Source: Lama guanicoe (lineage: Eukaryota). From it: a DNA stretch of 64,000 bases. The notes beneath the pieces were generated by a model that saw only the letters and a list, made by a program, of their open reading frames with translations, did no database searches and had not been told where the DNA came from. Of the stretch, positions 1 to 12,703 are shown in pieces. Each line of letters starts with the position of its first letter. Position 1 is the first letter of the stretch. The position numbers were made by a program, and so were the translations under genes. The stretch spans positions 17,352,711-17,416,710 of the forward strand of contig MU054187.1 of the NCBI GenBank assembly GCA_013239625.1. Reading direction: 5' to 3'.

Positions 1-1419
1 GGTTCAGACCATCTCTACTTTAGAGATTTTTTTTTCTGCGGTATGTCACAAGTTACTGAAATAGAGACTGCTTGTAAATATTAACCAAAAAGGGATCTTT
101 TGTGAAATTAATAGCCTTTTCTATTCTATACATGTCAACAGTGCCTGTGATTTTACCGTCAGTCTGCTTGGTATATTTAACAATTAGTTTAATACTCGAA
201 GTCCTTAAGGACAAAGACAGAAGAGCTGCCAATTTCCAGTATGGCGAGAGATCACTCACAGCCCCAGGCTAACGAGTTACAGTTTATTTCTTTGACCTCT
301 TCTTGAAATGAATGTAGGATCCTTTGAAGTAAAGGTTGAGCATGGCTATCTTCCATTTTGATTTCTCGTTTCTAATTAGGCCAAATAGGTCTAATCAAAA
401 TATTTTAAAAGAATATTAAAATACCTTAAAAAAGAGCAGATTTTAGGATAACAGTACACCAACAACATGATAGAGATAATGAATTGAAAAAGTGCCTCAC
501 TCAAATGACTTCCTTTATACATAAAGAAAATCATAAAGAATGAAAGTAAACGGAGAAAGTGTTAATGACTGTGTGTTGGCTGGGTAATACAAATTGGTCC
601 AATGTCTCTTTTTTTTCCCCCAAATAAAGTTAACATAATTCTAAAAAAGAGAAAGAAAAGAAAAAAAAGGAGGAAGGAAAGTAGGAAAGAAGGAAGATCT
701 TTGTATAATAGCAGATCATCTCTTACTGATTTGTGAGAAAGCATGAAGTTCATCTTTTTAATAGATTGTTTTAATCTAGCAAATTGGCAAATAGAAAATA
801 AACTATGTATGATTCAATTAGGTGAACTGACATAACATTTCACAGAGATGATTTCTGTTGAATACTATTATTAAAGAATTATTTTCATAGTTAAATGGAT
901 GACACACAATTATAAAATAAACATATGTCAAAATTTTAGCTTACTAATAAGTGAAGGAATCAGTAAGTTAAAGCAAGTGCAAAGTAAACTTGAAGACACA
1001 CACACACACGTACACACCCACAGTCAGGAAAGCTGGTTAATTTACAAAAATTGATACAGAATTGCTTGATATCTAAAAGGCAATAGAATATAATGGACTC
1101 ATCTCTTGGAATGGGGAAGATGGATTCAAGGCATTTTTGCATTTCTACCCCCAAAAATTCACTTGCATCTTTTGAATAAGAACAATTTGCATCACTGTCA
1201 GCCCTATACAAGTTAACTTCTATCTCTAAAAATTGCAAAATAAACCAATTAACAGACTCCTTTAGAATCAGAGAACCTCTAGGGTTTGCTGGACAACATC
1301 AAGTACTCTACAGTAAAGGTAGAATGTATTCTTGTTACCTATTTCAAGATTTCACTTTTTTCCCCCAACACTCTGTCCCTTTTCATACCCAGAAATGTAT
1401 TCTTTCATTAAAGAAAAAA

Positions 1420-1510
1420 AATTTATTGATTATTTATATTAGGTTAGTGCTGGTAACAGATATTAAGCACGCAAAGTTGAATAAGATGGATCCATTCACC
1501 AAAGACATTT
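1420..1510 (-). mobile_element. L2 3'-end fragment, highly decayed
   Basis: 'aaatttattgatt...gtgctggtaacag...gaataagatgg' resembles the antisense L2 3' terminus. Confidence 0.35.
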
Positions 1511-1719
1511 TGGTTAAAAAATGAATGGAATCAAGTAAATTATCATATTCAGTCCAGTGAGAGAAATAATACGATGGTGTGAATGAAGCCCAGTGTGAAT
1601 CAATACCACAACAAATAAGATAAACATATAAATAAGGTGGGATGTTTAAAAAACACTCTCAGAAGAAATACTTGTGTTCAACTCTCAAGGACACAGAGAA
1701 TGACTAGTTGAGTCAGGTT

Positions 1720-1909
1720 TGTGCTCCTCACGGTTCTGGAAGCTTGAAGTCTGAGATCAAGATGTCAGCAGAGTTGATTACTTTGAGGTTTCCCTCCTGG
1801 CATGTAGATGGCCATTTCCTCTGTCTGTTTTCACATGATCTTTCTTCTGCGCATATTTCCATCCTAATCTCCTTTTCTTATGAGGATGCCAGTAACATTG
1901 GATTTGGGC
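1720..1909 (-). mobile_element. ERVL-MaLR LTR fragment (MLT1A/B-like)
   Basis: 'cacggttctggaagcttgaagtctgagatcaagatgtcagcag...atcctaatctccttttcttatgaggatgccagtaacattggatttgggc' matches recalled antisense MLT1 motifs. Confidence 0.8.
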
Positions 1910-2110
1910 AGTATACTGCATATATGTATTCACATGCAATATAATGTGTATGTGCAGTCGAACTGTAATAATTCTTCCTAATAAAGCTGAAAAAGGAGAA
2001 GAAAAAAAAATAAAGCCAACTACAAAATAAGAATCAGTAGAATGCGGTAATCCAGTCATAAAGGACAGTCAAATACGCTTATACATATTCAAGAAATCAG
2101 CCATCTTAGT

Positions 2111-2240
2111 TATAAATAATAAGTAGTTCACTTGTGTCATTATTACTGTTATTATTTTTTAGATTCCTCATATAAATGATGCCATAGATGACTGTCATTC
2201 TAAGTGAAGTGGGCTGGAAAGAGAAAGAAAAATGCCATGT
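2111..2240. mobile_element. Short L1 fragment with internal inversion (antisense 2111-2186, sense 2187-2240)
   Basis: 'ttttttagattcctcatataaatgatgccata' is antisense and 'gtcattctaagtgaagtgggctggaaagagaaagaaaaatgccat' is sense relative to the L1 copy at 25530-25600. Confidence 0.7.
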
Positions 2241-3462
2241 TACAAAAATAATTTTTATATAAAAATATTTATTTCATAAGAAAATCTATTCCTTCTTTAA
2301 CCAGATGCCTTTTGAAGTGAAAAACTCAATTCTTTATCAATAGTGAAAACTAAGTGCCAAAATTGAAGGGTTTGTGCTGACACCAACTTTTAGACACACA
2401 CATAGATCTTTATCCGTATCCATATCCATATCTATCTAAACATGCTATAGGAAAAGCTCTAATTAAATTGATAATAAGCATTAATTTATTTTTTGGAGAG
2501 TTTATTTAAACTCCTTTAAATGCTCCTAATTTATGCTCTAGATGTGCAAAACAGAGTGAGAAAGAGATCCACTTAATATTTTAATTTATTTCAAACTCAT
2601 TTTCAGAATATGTGCATAAGGACGTGAATATGAAATTAACTTAAGGATCAGCACGGACTGAGTAACCTGGAATTTGGTAAACTCTTTGTCCAAACGTATC
2701 AGAAATGCTTACAAGAGCCATTTTCTGTGAACATAAAACTTCTCTAAAAAATGCAGTTTAGTATTTTTTAAAAGATCTGACTTAAGAGCTCAGCACCGAT
2801 GACAATTCTTTCATGGACACAATATCATAATCACTCTTGGACTCATTTGAGTGTTACAGCACAGACATCACCAACTTTCAATTCCAAAAATGGTTCAGAA
2901 AGGTAGGACTTTGAGAGTTAAATAGTTTTAGAAGTGTCTGAAACAAATTATTTTCCTGATATTTCCCTTTAATGTAAGTGCAAAAGTAATCAATGAGAAA
3001 AATCAATGATTATTTAAGTGTGAAAAAATTTTAAGTATAAGTTAATATTCTAAGTGAGAACAAAGCATTTTCATTATTGTCTAACTGTAGATTTTTGTGC
3101 CATTTAAAGTAAAAACATTTTATAATCACTAACATCCTAGAATTAGGTGAAATAAGGTAATGGAAGTGTAGTGTTAGAGAGAGTGCTCTTCTGGATAGGG
3201 ATTTAGCCGATGATGGTGTTATCAACTATTTTTATGATTCTAGAAAAAGGAATTTGTGGGGAAAATAAGTGAATTCCATTGGTAAGTAAAATATATGGTG
3301 GAGAAGTCAGGTCAGTCAACAAATAAAAGTATGTGTGTGGATTGGGGGGACATTAGTGTAGGTGTGAATAAGATTGCTTAGAAAAAGAAGGTAATTAGAA
3401 ATGAGTAGAACTAAGGGTGAGATTTTGATGAACTAAGACATAGGAAATTAAGAAGAGAACTA

Positions 3463-3646
3463 AATATAAAAATAGATAAAAACAAATTTCTTCTGTATAG
3501 CACACGGAACTATATTCAATGTCTAGTAATAACCTCTAGTGAAAAAGCATATGAAAACGAATATATATATGCATGACTGGGACATTATGCTGAACACCAG
3601 AAACTGACACATTGTAATTGACTATACTTCAGTTAAAAAAAAAAAA
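3463..3646 (+). mobile_element. L1 3' UTR end, 5'-truncated, with poly-A
   Basis: Matches the 3' ends of other L1 copies here ('ctgtatagcac...gaactatattcaat...tgactatacttcagtt' then A12); weak TSD aagaagagaacta / aagagagaccta. Confidence 0.9.
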
Positions 3647-4239
3647 GAGAGACCTATCAAGCATTTAATTGACAAGTAGCTAGGATTGTCATATAGTACC
3701 CAGATCCCCAAAAAAACAGTCTTTATGAGAAAATGATAGATCAGTAAGGAAATGAAATATTCTAATTGGCTGTAATAATTGGCTAATTTTTTTCCAGAAC
3801 ATAATGATACATTAATAAAATCCACTATGCCCAATTAATAATGTAGTTTAAAAAATGTGATGCATTGTAAAAATTAAGTCTTTCATAAGTTATTTTCACT
3901 AAATATCCAAAATATATATTTGTATATACTTTGTATGTGTGTGTATAATGCCTTTTTGAAAAATCATTCTGACTGTACTCCTAACACCAAGTATATATCA
4001 ACCCTTATTATGATGCATTTTAATTTCCTATTTACTTGTCAGTTTTCCCTCATTAAAATTCTTTGTTCCCAATGTTTCTAAGCGTGCCTTACTTATTGTT
4101 TTACCACAAGAGATATGACACAGTGTTGGACATATGTGAGTACTCAGTAAATGCTTCTTTTAAAAAATTCATCAATGGACAATTTCTCAAGGACTTAAGT
4201 AGACAATGGCCATTGCTTGGGTTAGAGGAAACAGTGGGA

Positions 4240-4440
4240 ACTCTGGCACTACTGACAAATTGTATGACCTATAGAAAGTCACGAATGCTTTCCCAATTTT
4301 CCCACCAATAAAACAGAGATATTACCTATCTTGCTAGGTTATTACAATGATTAAATTAAATTTTTTATGCAGATAGAGTAATGTAATCGTGACACATAGT
4401 ATCTACTCAAAAGATGGTAAGTATTATTATTGTTATTATT
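4240..4440 (+). mobile_element. MIR SINE, decayed
   Basis: MIR core-like 'tgtatgacc...aagtcac...taaaacagagatattacctatcttgctaggttattacaatgattaaat...gacacatagta' with a (tat)n tail. Confidence 0.65.
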
Positions 4441-5006
4441 AATATGTCCTTTTTGCAAGGACCGCATTTTAACCACAGAGCTCCCTGTGGGTTCCACTTC
4501 TTCTTTTTATTTGACATTAATTTAAGTAACACTTACACAGAGTTGACAATGAGAAAAATGATGTGATCCCTGTTTGCAAAGGACACCACAGATTAAAAAG
4601 TCCCTAATCGTTCTCAACCTTGGTCTATTTACTTGGCAGTGACAATGGAGAAGAAATCATTTGGTAATAAAAATGCTGTCATCTCATCCAGATCTACATC
4701 CCCATTCTTATCCCGTATTCTCAATTCGTGAGCATGTTATCCCCACCTAAATCCTAGGCTAAAGATAGAAAAACTTTAATGTGGGGACAGGGCTCTTAAA
4801 GAGCTAACAATTGCTCTCTCTCTCTTTCAGGAAACACTTTGAGCTCATTGCAGTCCTGAATCCTAAAGCTGAGTTACAGAGAGCCTCCCTCTGGCTACAT
4901 TTTTGCTTCTGTCTTGCTTACTGTTTAAGCTTTGAACTCCCCTAATCTTGAGACTTTGGAATTCAGGCAATAGCTTGGACAAGAAATTTCCCTCTGGCTG
5001 TTTCTA

Positions 5007-5024
5007 AGTGACCCCTGGTGGGGG
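5007..5024 (-). promoter_or_regulatory. Candidate CTCF site
   Basis: Minus strand reads CCCCACCAGGGGTCACT; the core CCACCAGGGGTCAC is one mismatch from CCACCAGGGGGCAC. Motif only. Confidence 0.3.
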
Positions 5025-5549
5025 GTAACGAGGTAGTAGTGCTCTCTCACCTCCAGTATCGACACCAAGACCCATGCTTTCCATCCAAACAAATATGGAG
5101 GCATGAAGTCAAAAGTAGGAAGGGAAAGAAAGCTCTGTGACTAGCAGCGTATGAGTAAAAAACTGTAAATCACAAGGCATAACTAGCTCAAGTACTAAGA
5201 GAGCATCGTAAGAGATAAATAATTCAAGTAGAGCTGGGCACAGATAGTCAGAGACAGCCAGTGAATAAGTTCAGATCAAAACCCCAAGAAGAGTTTGGAA
5301 AATAATACATGAAATAATACACGATCTTCTGACATAATATTGAGGGTCTATGAGCTATTTTATTATTTTTTTAAAGTTCAACAACATTCAGACACAATAA
5401 AAGAAATAGCATGCATTTTGCTTAATGGTGTTAAATTAATTAATTCTGAAAAAAAAAATCATTTAGGAACCTCAACCAAATAAGAAATAAAATATACAAG
5501 GGCATTCTCAAATGAGGATAGTATTAAAGCACTTAGACTTACCAATTTT

Positions 5550-6185
5550 ATTTTATTCTTTTTAACTTTTTTTAATTAAGTTACAGTTATTTTACAATGT
5601 TGTGTCAAATTCCAGTGTAGAGCACAGTTTTTCAGTTATACATGAACATATATATATTCATCGTCACTTTTTTTTCCGCTGTGAGCTACCACAAGATCTT
5701 GTATATATTTCCCTGTGCTATATAGTATAATCTTGTTTATCTATTCTACACTTTGAAATCCCAGTCTGTCCCTTCCCACCCCCCACCCTTTTGGCAACCA
5801 CAAGTTTGTATTCTATGTCTATGAGTCTGTTTCTGTTTTGTATTTATGTTCATTTTTGTTGTTGTTATTTTTCCACATATGAGCAATCTCATATGGTATT
5901 TTTCTTTCTCTTTCTGGCTTACTTCACTAGAATGACATTGTCCAGGAGCATCCATGTTGCTGCAAATGGCATTATGTTGTCGGTTTTTGTGGCTGAATAG
6001 TATTCCATTGTATAAATATACCACATCTTCTTTATCCAGTCATCTGTTGATGGCTATTTAGGCTGTTTCCATGTCTTGGCTATTGTAAATAGTGCTGCTA
6101 TGAACATTGGGGTGCAGGTGTCTTTTTGAAGTAGGGTTCCTTCTGGATACATGCCCAGGAGTGGGATTACTGGGTCATATGGTAA
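5550..6185 (-). mobile_element. Young 5'-truncated L1 (ORF2 C-terminus and 3' UTR) with a perfect 16-bp TSD
   Basis: TSD tagacttaccaatttt at 5534-5549 and 6186-6201; TTTT/AA endonuclease site; T-rich tail; same 3' UTR subfamily as 41687-42454. Confidence 0.95.
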
Positions 6186-7964
6186 TAGACTTACCAATTT
6201 TTAATAAAAAGTTTACCTAGATTGACCCTCCCATGGGTTTGGCATGTATTCACAGCCATTAGCACTAGACACTGATATAAGCAGACCCTTCATGAGAACT
6301 TTAATTCTACAGTAAAGGACTGCCTTCAAGTTTTTATGTCTTTGGGCAGAATTGAGTGTCGGTCTGTTCCAACTGTCTGTGAAGTATTAGTAGCAGGTCC
6401 TTGACACTCTTTGCTCTGCAACTGGCATTTCTTTCTTTCATTCATTCAGTGACTTCTTGGAGGAACAGTCTTATCTTCTTAGCTTATTTATCTATGAAGA
6501 TCTGAAATATATAAGCACAAAGGTCAAGAAAAAGACCACAGATCAAGGATTCAATAAAAGGCCAAAATTTACAAAACCAAAAAAATTGATGGAACTAAAC
6601 TAAACTGGAGATCAGAGGTCAGGTGAAAGGCTAAACACAGATGAAAACAGAAAGGTCACACAGTGAGCTGCATCCCACCAACTCAGTTCCCATCCAAGGA
6701 GCAGAGGAGGATACTTGCGCTCACTCCTTGAAGTTGGGGCAGCAAGATCTCTTAGAAAAATGCCCTCATTTAATAAAGTGAATTTACTAAAAAAAAAAAA
6801 TCCACTGGTGTCTCTAGCCTGCTGCTCATTCGGAATAGAAAGAATGCATAGCTAAACAAATTCATGGATGTTGCTTCAGTTTTTTAAGCTAAGACTTAGC
6901 TCCAAGAATTTTTAAAATTACCATCAACCTATGCTTTTTCAGCAGTTCTACAAAAAGTCAGTCTCCAAGGCGTTCTTAATGGGAAAGTCTCAGATATGAT
7001 GCACATCTCTCTCCTGCTAGACATGGAATAAACTCTCTGGCTGACATAGAAACCTCACTGCTGTGTCTTCACCTGTATACTAGGAAGAGGAATACTTGAC
7101 AGATAGGATTAATCAGTATAATATTAATAAAATATTTTGAGCTTCCAGATTGAGCACTCTATAAATATGATACACTAGCATTACTATGATAGTTAGTAAA
7201 GGTACAATTACCATACACCTGAAAAGTTAGTGATCTTTTTCATCAATCCATGGATTATGGATATGTTTAATTACCATAAAGTGCATAGACTGTGTTATTG
7301 AAATACCAGCTGAAAAGACATTTTTTGGTTTAGATGTTAGTGGAATTTCTTTTTAATTCCAAGCCAAGTACGAAGCATTATAAAGAATACTAAAACTGGG
7401 CTAATCTTCAGGGGTTACTGAGCACATATTAGGCATATAACCTAGGGGATAAAAGTGATAAAAAGCTAAAACCTCCTCTTACTAAAATTGCATACTACTT
7501 ATTTATAAAATATAGCCCAGTGGTTCCCCCTGACTTTTTTTCTATCAAGAACTCCTGCCTTTTGTCTGTTATGCATATAGCATATATACTTTGAAATTTT
7601 TCATTTACCACATGAGCATTTATTACATAATGATGTCTTACATTTTTATTAATACATGTGTGTTAATTGGTTCCTAATGAGTCAGAACAAATCAACATGC
7701 TTTTAAACGGAATTGCTGTATTACAGGAGCATCAACAATATCAAACTATATCCTTACCAGTGCATCTCATTGTGAGTAAACATGCTTTTTCCTGGTTCTC
7801 ATAGAAAAATGTGAACACTTGTATTAGCTAAAATACTGCTAAACTAGATGACCTCAGTTTTGAAATCAAGGCAACAATGGCTACATTTGATGTCAGGATG
7901 ACAACCCTCATAAAGAAAACTTATCTTCAGACACTATTTAGGTAATGTAAGAAGTCAATGTTTT

Positions 7965-8070
7965 AATATTCAACAAGCCCTATGAGCTAAACTACTGTTC
8001 CAATTTTCATAGATGAGGAAACTGGGACACCCAAGGGTGAACCAATTCAAGTCACAAAATTAATAAGAAA
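7965..8070 (-). mobile_element. MIR fragment
   Basis: 'caacaagccctatgag...attttcatagatgaggaaactggg...aagtcaca' is the antisense MIR core. Confidence 0.75.
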
Positions 8071-11000
8071 AAGACTCAAAATTCTTCATATTAAAGAAGA
8101 ATCCCAGAAGATGGGATTTACGGCATACACTATTTATTATCCATTATGCACACAGCCCTCTCCCTCAGAGAGATGTGCATAATAGAGGTAAGATGTAGCT
8201 AAATATAAGTTTAATAGTTGCAACTTCAGATATGCCAGAAATATTCTGATATAGGTCAGAAACTTGGATTTAAATAAAGAAAGGGATAGCACCAAAGACA
8301 GAATAAATCACTCCCAACTCCTTCTCCAATCTATACTCAGTAATTGTCAATATTAGCTCGACCACTCCTCTCCTCCACCAGGACGAACTGTAATGTCACC
8401 ATTAGCCAACTCACCTTCAGGAGATTTCAGGATCAATCAATAGGGGTGTCTATAATTCTGATCAGGTGAGGACCATGGCTTTAAGCACTTAAGTGTGGTG
8501 ACATTGCAACACTGTACTCTTTCATACATTCATCCACTTGTAAATTACCACTATATGGCAGCCACAGTAGAAAGCGCTGTGAAGGTGATGGGTGGTGGGA
8601 TGGAGATAAATAGAACACACTCCTGATTTTTTATCCGTAAACTGTACTGAAAAGAATAAAAGGAATGTGAACACAATGTTTTTTACTGCAGTGTTTCCTT
8701 AGGTCAAGCTTGGGTCCAATGGCCCATCCATAACAGCAACAAATGGCTCAAAATGATCACCAATAACATCTGGCTGCATTATTTATATCCAGTGAAGCAC
8801 AGCTTAAAGCAGCTATTTAAAAGTATTTTAATAGAAACTTAACTTTCAACTCGAAGTATCAGAATATTTGGGAAGGAGATACTTGGACAGCCTCATGACT
8901 TTCTTTCTCTCCTTTTCTTTTTTTTCTCTTCTTTCTCTTTCTCCCTCTCTCTTTCCCTTCCTCCATCCCCTCTATCCTTTTTAAAATTTTATTTATTTAT
9001 TGAAAAATATTAGACTCACCACTGGAAATGTCTGAATAGCTGCTGTTCTTTCAATAAAATAAAATAATAATTCTATATAACACAAATGTCATGTCTCCCA
9101 TGTTCAAGCAACAGAATTCCTTTTCCCCCCTCACTTTTGGAATATGCTGTAAGTACAGGCATAGAAACATAAGGAAGCATTTTTTTAAAGAAAAAGAAAA
9201 TGTGAGTTAAATATGGAAATCGAGAAATATTTCCCTTCTAATTTTTGAACACCAGATCAAAATTATCAACTGAAGCAATTCATTGCTTTTTATAAAAACA
9301 CCGAAACTCCTACTATTCTGTCAAAAGCGTGTTCACTAATTATTATAAAATATATTTGACTCTGGACATCTACTATATAATAGTTTCTGTATTAAGATTG
9401 TTCCAGAAATAAGATGCTACAAGCTTTGGTTCAGTTGATAGCATACAGATTGCAGTGTTAACTGAACATACAACAGCAGCATGAAAAATAATAATGAACA
9501 TCTTGGCGTGATTGCATGCATGACCCTATTTTACAATAATTACTTGCCGAACTCACCTTACTATCAGGCACGTATCGTGACTATCTTTCAGAAATGTGAA
9601 AAAGCAGTTTATTATTCTCTCCTACATTCTCTGGGTTTTTATAGGCCAGTTCATTTTGTCTCTTCTGTGAAATACCTTAAAAGGTAACATGGCTTTCTGA
9701 CTCTAATTTATTATACCTGTTAATCCTGTAAAATTGCCCTCTGGATGTAATAATTTGTTTTTCTTTTATTAGACCTTCTTCTGCATACTATGTTTATCAT
9801 AAAGATGTCCCCATTGTCATGCTTAGCAACCATTACAATGTTCTGGAGGTGTTTGCATATATTTTCCTGGGGGAGAGTTCCTCCGGGTCCCTGCATGGGA
9901 GAGCTGTCAGCGTATTCTGATGTATGAGGATAAAAGGAGCCCTTCTGCAGACTCCAATAAGCTCAAGTCATGGCCTGAAAGCAGTGACTTGGGCATCACT
10001 ATACCGTGTTAGAAAATGTGTCAATTATCACATGGACCGCCTGAGGGTATTGCCTGGGTCCAGGTCATAAAACCATCAAGACTGAAGGGGGAAAAATTGA
10101 TGAAGAAGTAAGTTGCATTAATTGATAACAAGGAAGCCAGTATGTGGAAGGTTCGTTGTAACTCGAGACCCCCAAATTTCTGCCTGAGAAGCCTTCCTGT
10201 GGGTGATCCCATGAGGAAAACTGAAGCTGTCTATCTTCTCCGACATAAAGTATGTATAACTGGCATTTTAGGCATTTCCTGAAAGTCAATATGTAGTTGT
10301 CAAACTAGTGAAGAAGCCATAAAAATAAAAATAAAGTCATGCTGATCATGTTAGAGTTGTTTTGCTATTGTGATTCTTAACATACGATGCTGATGTTCAT
10401 ATGTAAATACAGTGGGGACCACTTAAATATGTGGCCTAGGGCCCAAGTCGTGAAGGCTGTATGTACCATTCAGGCAGCTTTTTGTGCTATTTACCTGGGG
10501 AAGGGGGAAAAGTACAGATTTTTCATACATTTACAGTGGTTTCTGAGCTGCGTCAATGGCCCCCTCTTTTAAACCTCCTCATGTTCGCCTAGAATTATTA
10601 AGTCATATTTAAAACCTTTGTATCAAGAAATCACTATTCACTAGGCGTGGGAATAATTATTAAAGAAATTGGCTTCTACAGAAGATGCTACAATTACCAG
10701 TCTATCAAGCAGGTTGTGGAAACATTAAATTTTATTAACAACAAAAAATCATTATTTGTTTGACAATATTGAGTAAGCACTTTGCTCAAAACATTCAGGC
10801 AGCCAGCCACACATAGATCTTGAGGCACCAAGGGTTACTGCCTCAAACTTTTCAAAACGAACCACATCATTCTCAAAGTATCTTGTTAGGGCATAGACAT
10901 AAGAGCCAGAAAGTTAGTCCATTGCTTTACTGGTGTTAAAAAAGTTTCTCCTATACTCAATTTCCAGTTTTATAAATAATGTGTAAAAAGGCATGGCCAC

Positions 11001-11601
11001 TCTCACTTAAAATAAACGATGATGTCTTTTTCATAATGATGCTAATGGTGATGGTGATAATAATTAAGAAGTGATATTCCCAGTATAGATCTATCTTTTG
11101 ACATGGATGCTTGTTTTAAATGTAAAATCAAATTTTGTGTTCGAAGAAGCCATATCAGGAAAAATGAACCTCATTAAAATATTTAACTAATTTAATACTT
11201 TTCAGCTCTTCCATTTGAAGCACGTTCTCACTATTGGCCAGCATTCCAGGGAAGCCAGCAGAAGTCTTCTCTTAACTAAACCTTATCACTCATCTATTCC
11301 CTTTTTGCATAAATTAGTACTATTTTTCTGTATATGTGAAGTTAGACAGCAATGCAATCTCCCAAAGAGAGATTTTAAGGTTTTCATTTATACACTATAT
11401 GACAAGTCAAACGATGAGATGGATTCTGGATCTGGAAATTTACCTCTGCCAGTGCTAGCGAGATACATGTAGCTAGATATATATTAGACATAAGTTAGAT
11501 AGAACTATATCTAAAGTTATAGGAGCCTGAGGTTACATATTTCTAAGACAGTGTGACATGTCTTAGAATTCAGCTCAATGAACAACTATGAAAACCAAAT
11601 T

Positions 11602-11770
11602 GGGGGTGGCGGGTGTATAGCTCAGTAGAAGACTGTCTGCTTTAGCCTGCAGAAGATGCTGGGTTCAATCCCCCAGTCCCTCCATTAAAAAAATATGTAT
11701 AATAAATATTTAAAATTAAAATTTAAAAAAATTTAAATGATAACAAAGAAAGTAAAAGATGTATTTAAAA
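11602..11770 (+). mobile_element. tRNA-Ala-derived SINE (Vic-1-like)
   Basis: A box 'tagctcagtaga', B box 'ggttcaatcc', ends 'ctcca' plus AT-rich tail; approximate TSD aaaaccaaat / aaacaccaaat. Confidence 0.85.
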
Positions 11771-12703
11771 AAACACCAAATGGAATAGTTGCTGTCAAAA
11801 TGTTTTAGAAACTGCAGTGTATCACAAAATATTAATCATTATTCACATAAGGTTTAAACTATTTTAATCCTTTTAGCCCATCATTATTATTACCCTCGTA
11901 TTCTATACTATTGCATGCATTACAATTGTTTTCAAAATACACTCAATTATTAATTGTCTAGGACTTTTGAAACAGACTAACATCTTTCTTTTGATAGCTA
12001 AGTAAGAGAAAGCCTTTTCCAGGTACACGTCGGGTAATCAACTTATGAAGTTTCTTCTTCCTTTCTTGACTATGATTTCAGGGATTTGTTCTGAAATGGG
12101 GTGGGTTGTAAGGCTATTTCTAAAATGCATGAAAAATCCAAATCTTGGCCTGGAGCTACGGCACGTGGGTTTGGAGACAATGCGAGTTCTGTGTCTTCAG
12201 AGGGATTCCACGTAATGCAGTAAAGCCAGGGGAGAGCAGGGAGACCAAAGTTCTGTACGCTGAAACTGTCTTTCGAAGATAATGTTACAGCAGGTTCTAT
12301 TCAAAAATAATAGCGAGAATTGTCTCTGGGCAGTAAAATTTAATCAGACCTACCTTCATATTTGTTGGGTGTGAAAAATAACTCTTTAAAACTGACCTGA
12401 GTTGTTTGCTGTGGTTTTCAATGAAGAGGTTCCTTTATCTTCCGGGGATATCACAGGAAAGAAACAGGCAACTCTTCAAACAAGACAAGTGGAAACTTTA
12501 TAATGAAAACTCTTGTATCTCAGGTTTACAACAATAACCACTCGTTTGTACATGTGACATAATAGCTCATGAAGAAGGACTGTGCAGAAGAACCACGCTC
12601 TCTTGGGTAATAAATTAAAAATATGCTGATATTCAGACTGGAGGGAACCCTCTTGGCCACAACAGAATTGCTTCTGAATTAGCTCTCTAATAATTAACAG
12701 AAT

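Noticed and set aside
4811..4900. Isolated splice-acceptor-like tracts (4830, 32226)
   Set aside because: No matching donor or coding frame; such motifs are frequent by chance.
8143..8183. Hairpin attatgcaca...tgtgcataat with inner ctctc/gagag pairing
   Set aside because: Too short for a pre-miRNA; a 10-bp inverted repeat of this kind is expected by chance in 64 kb of AT-rich DNA.
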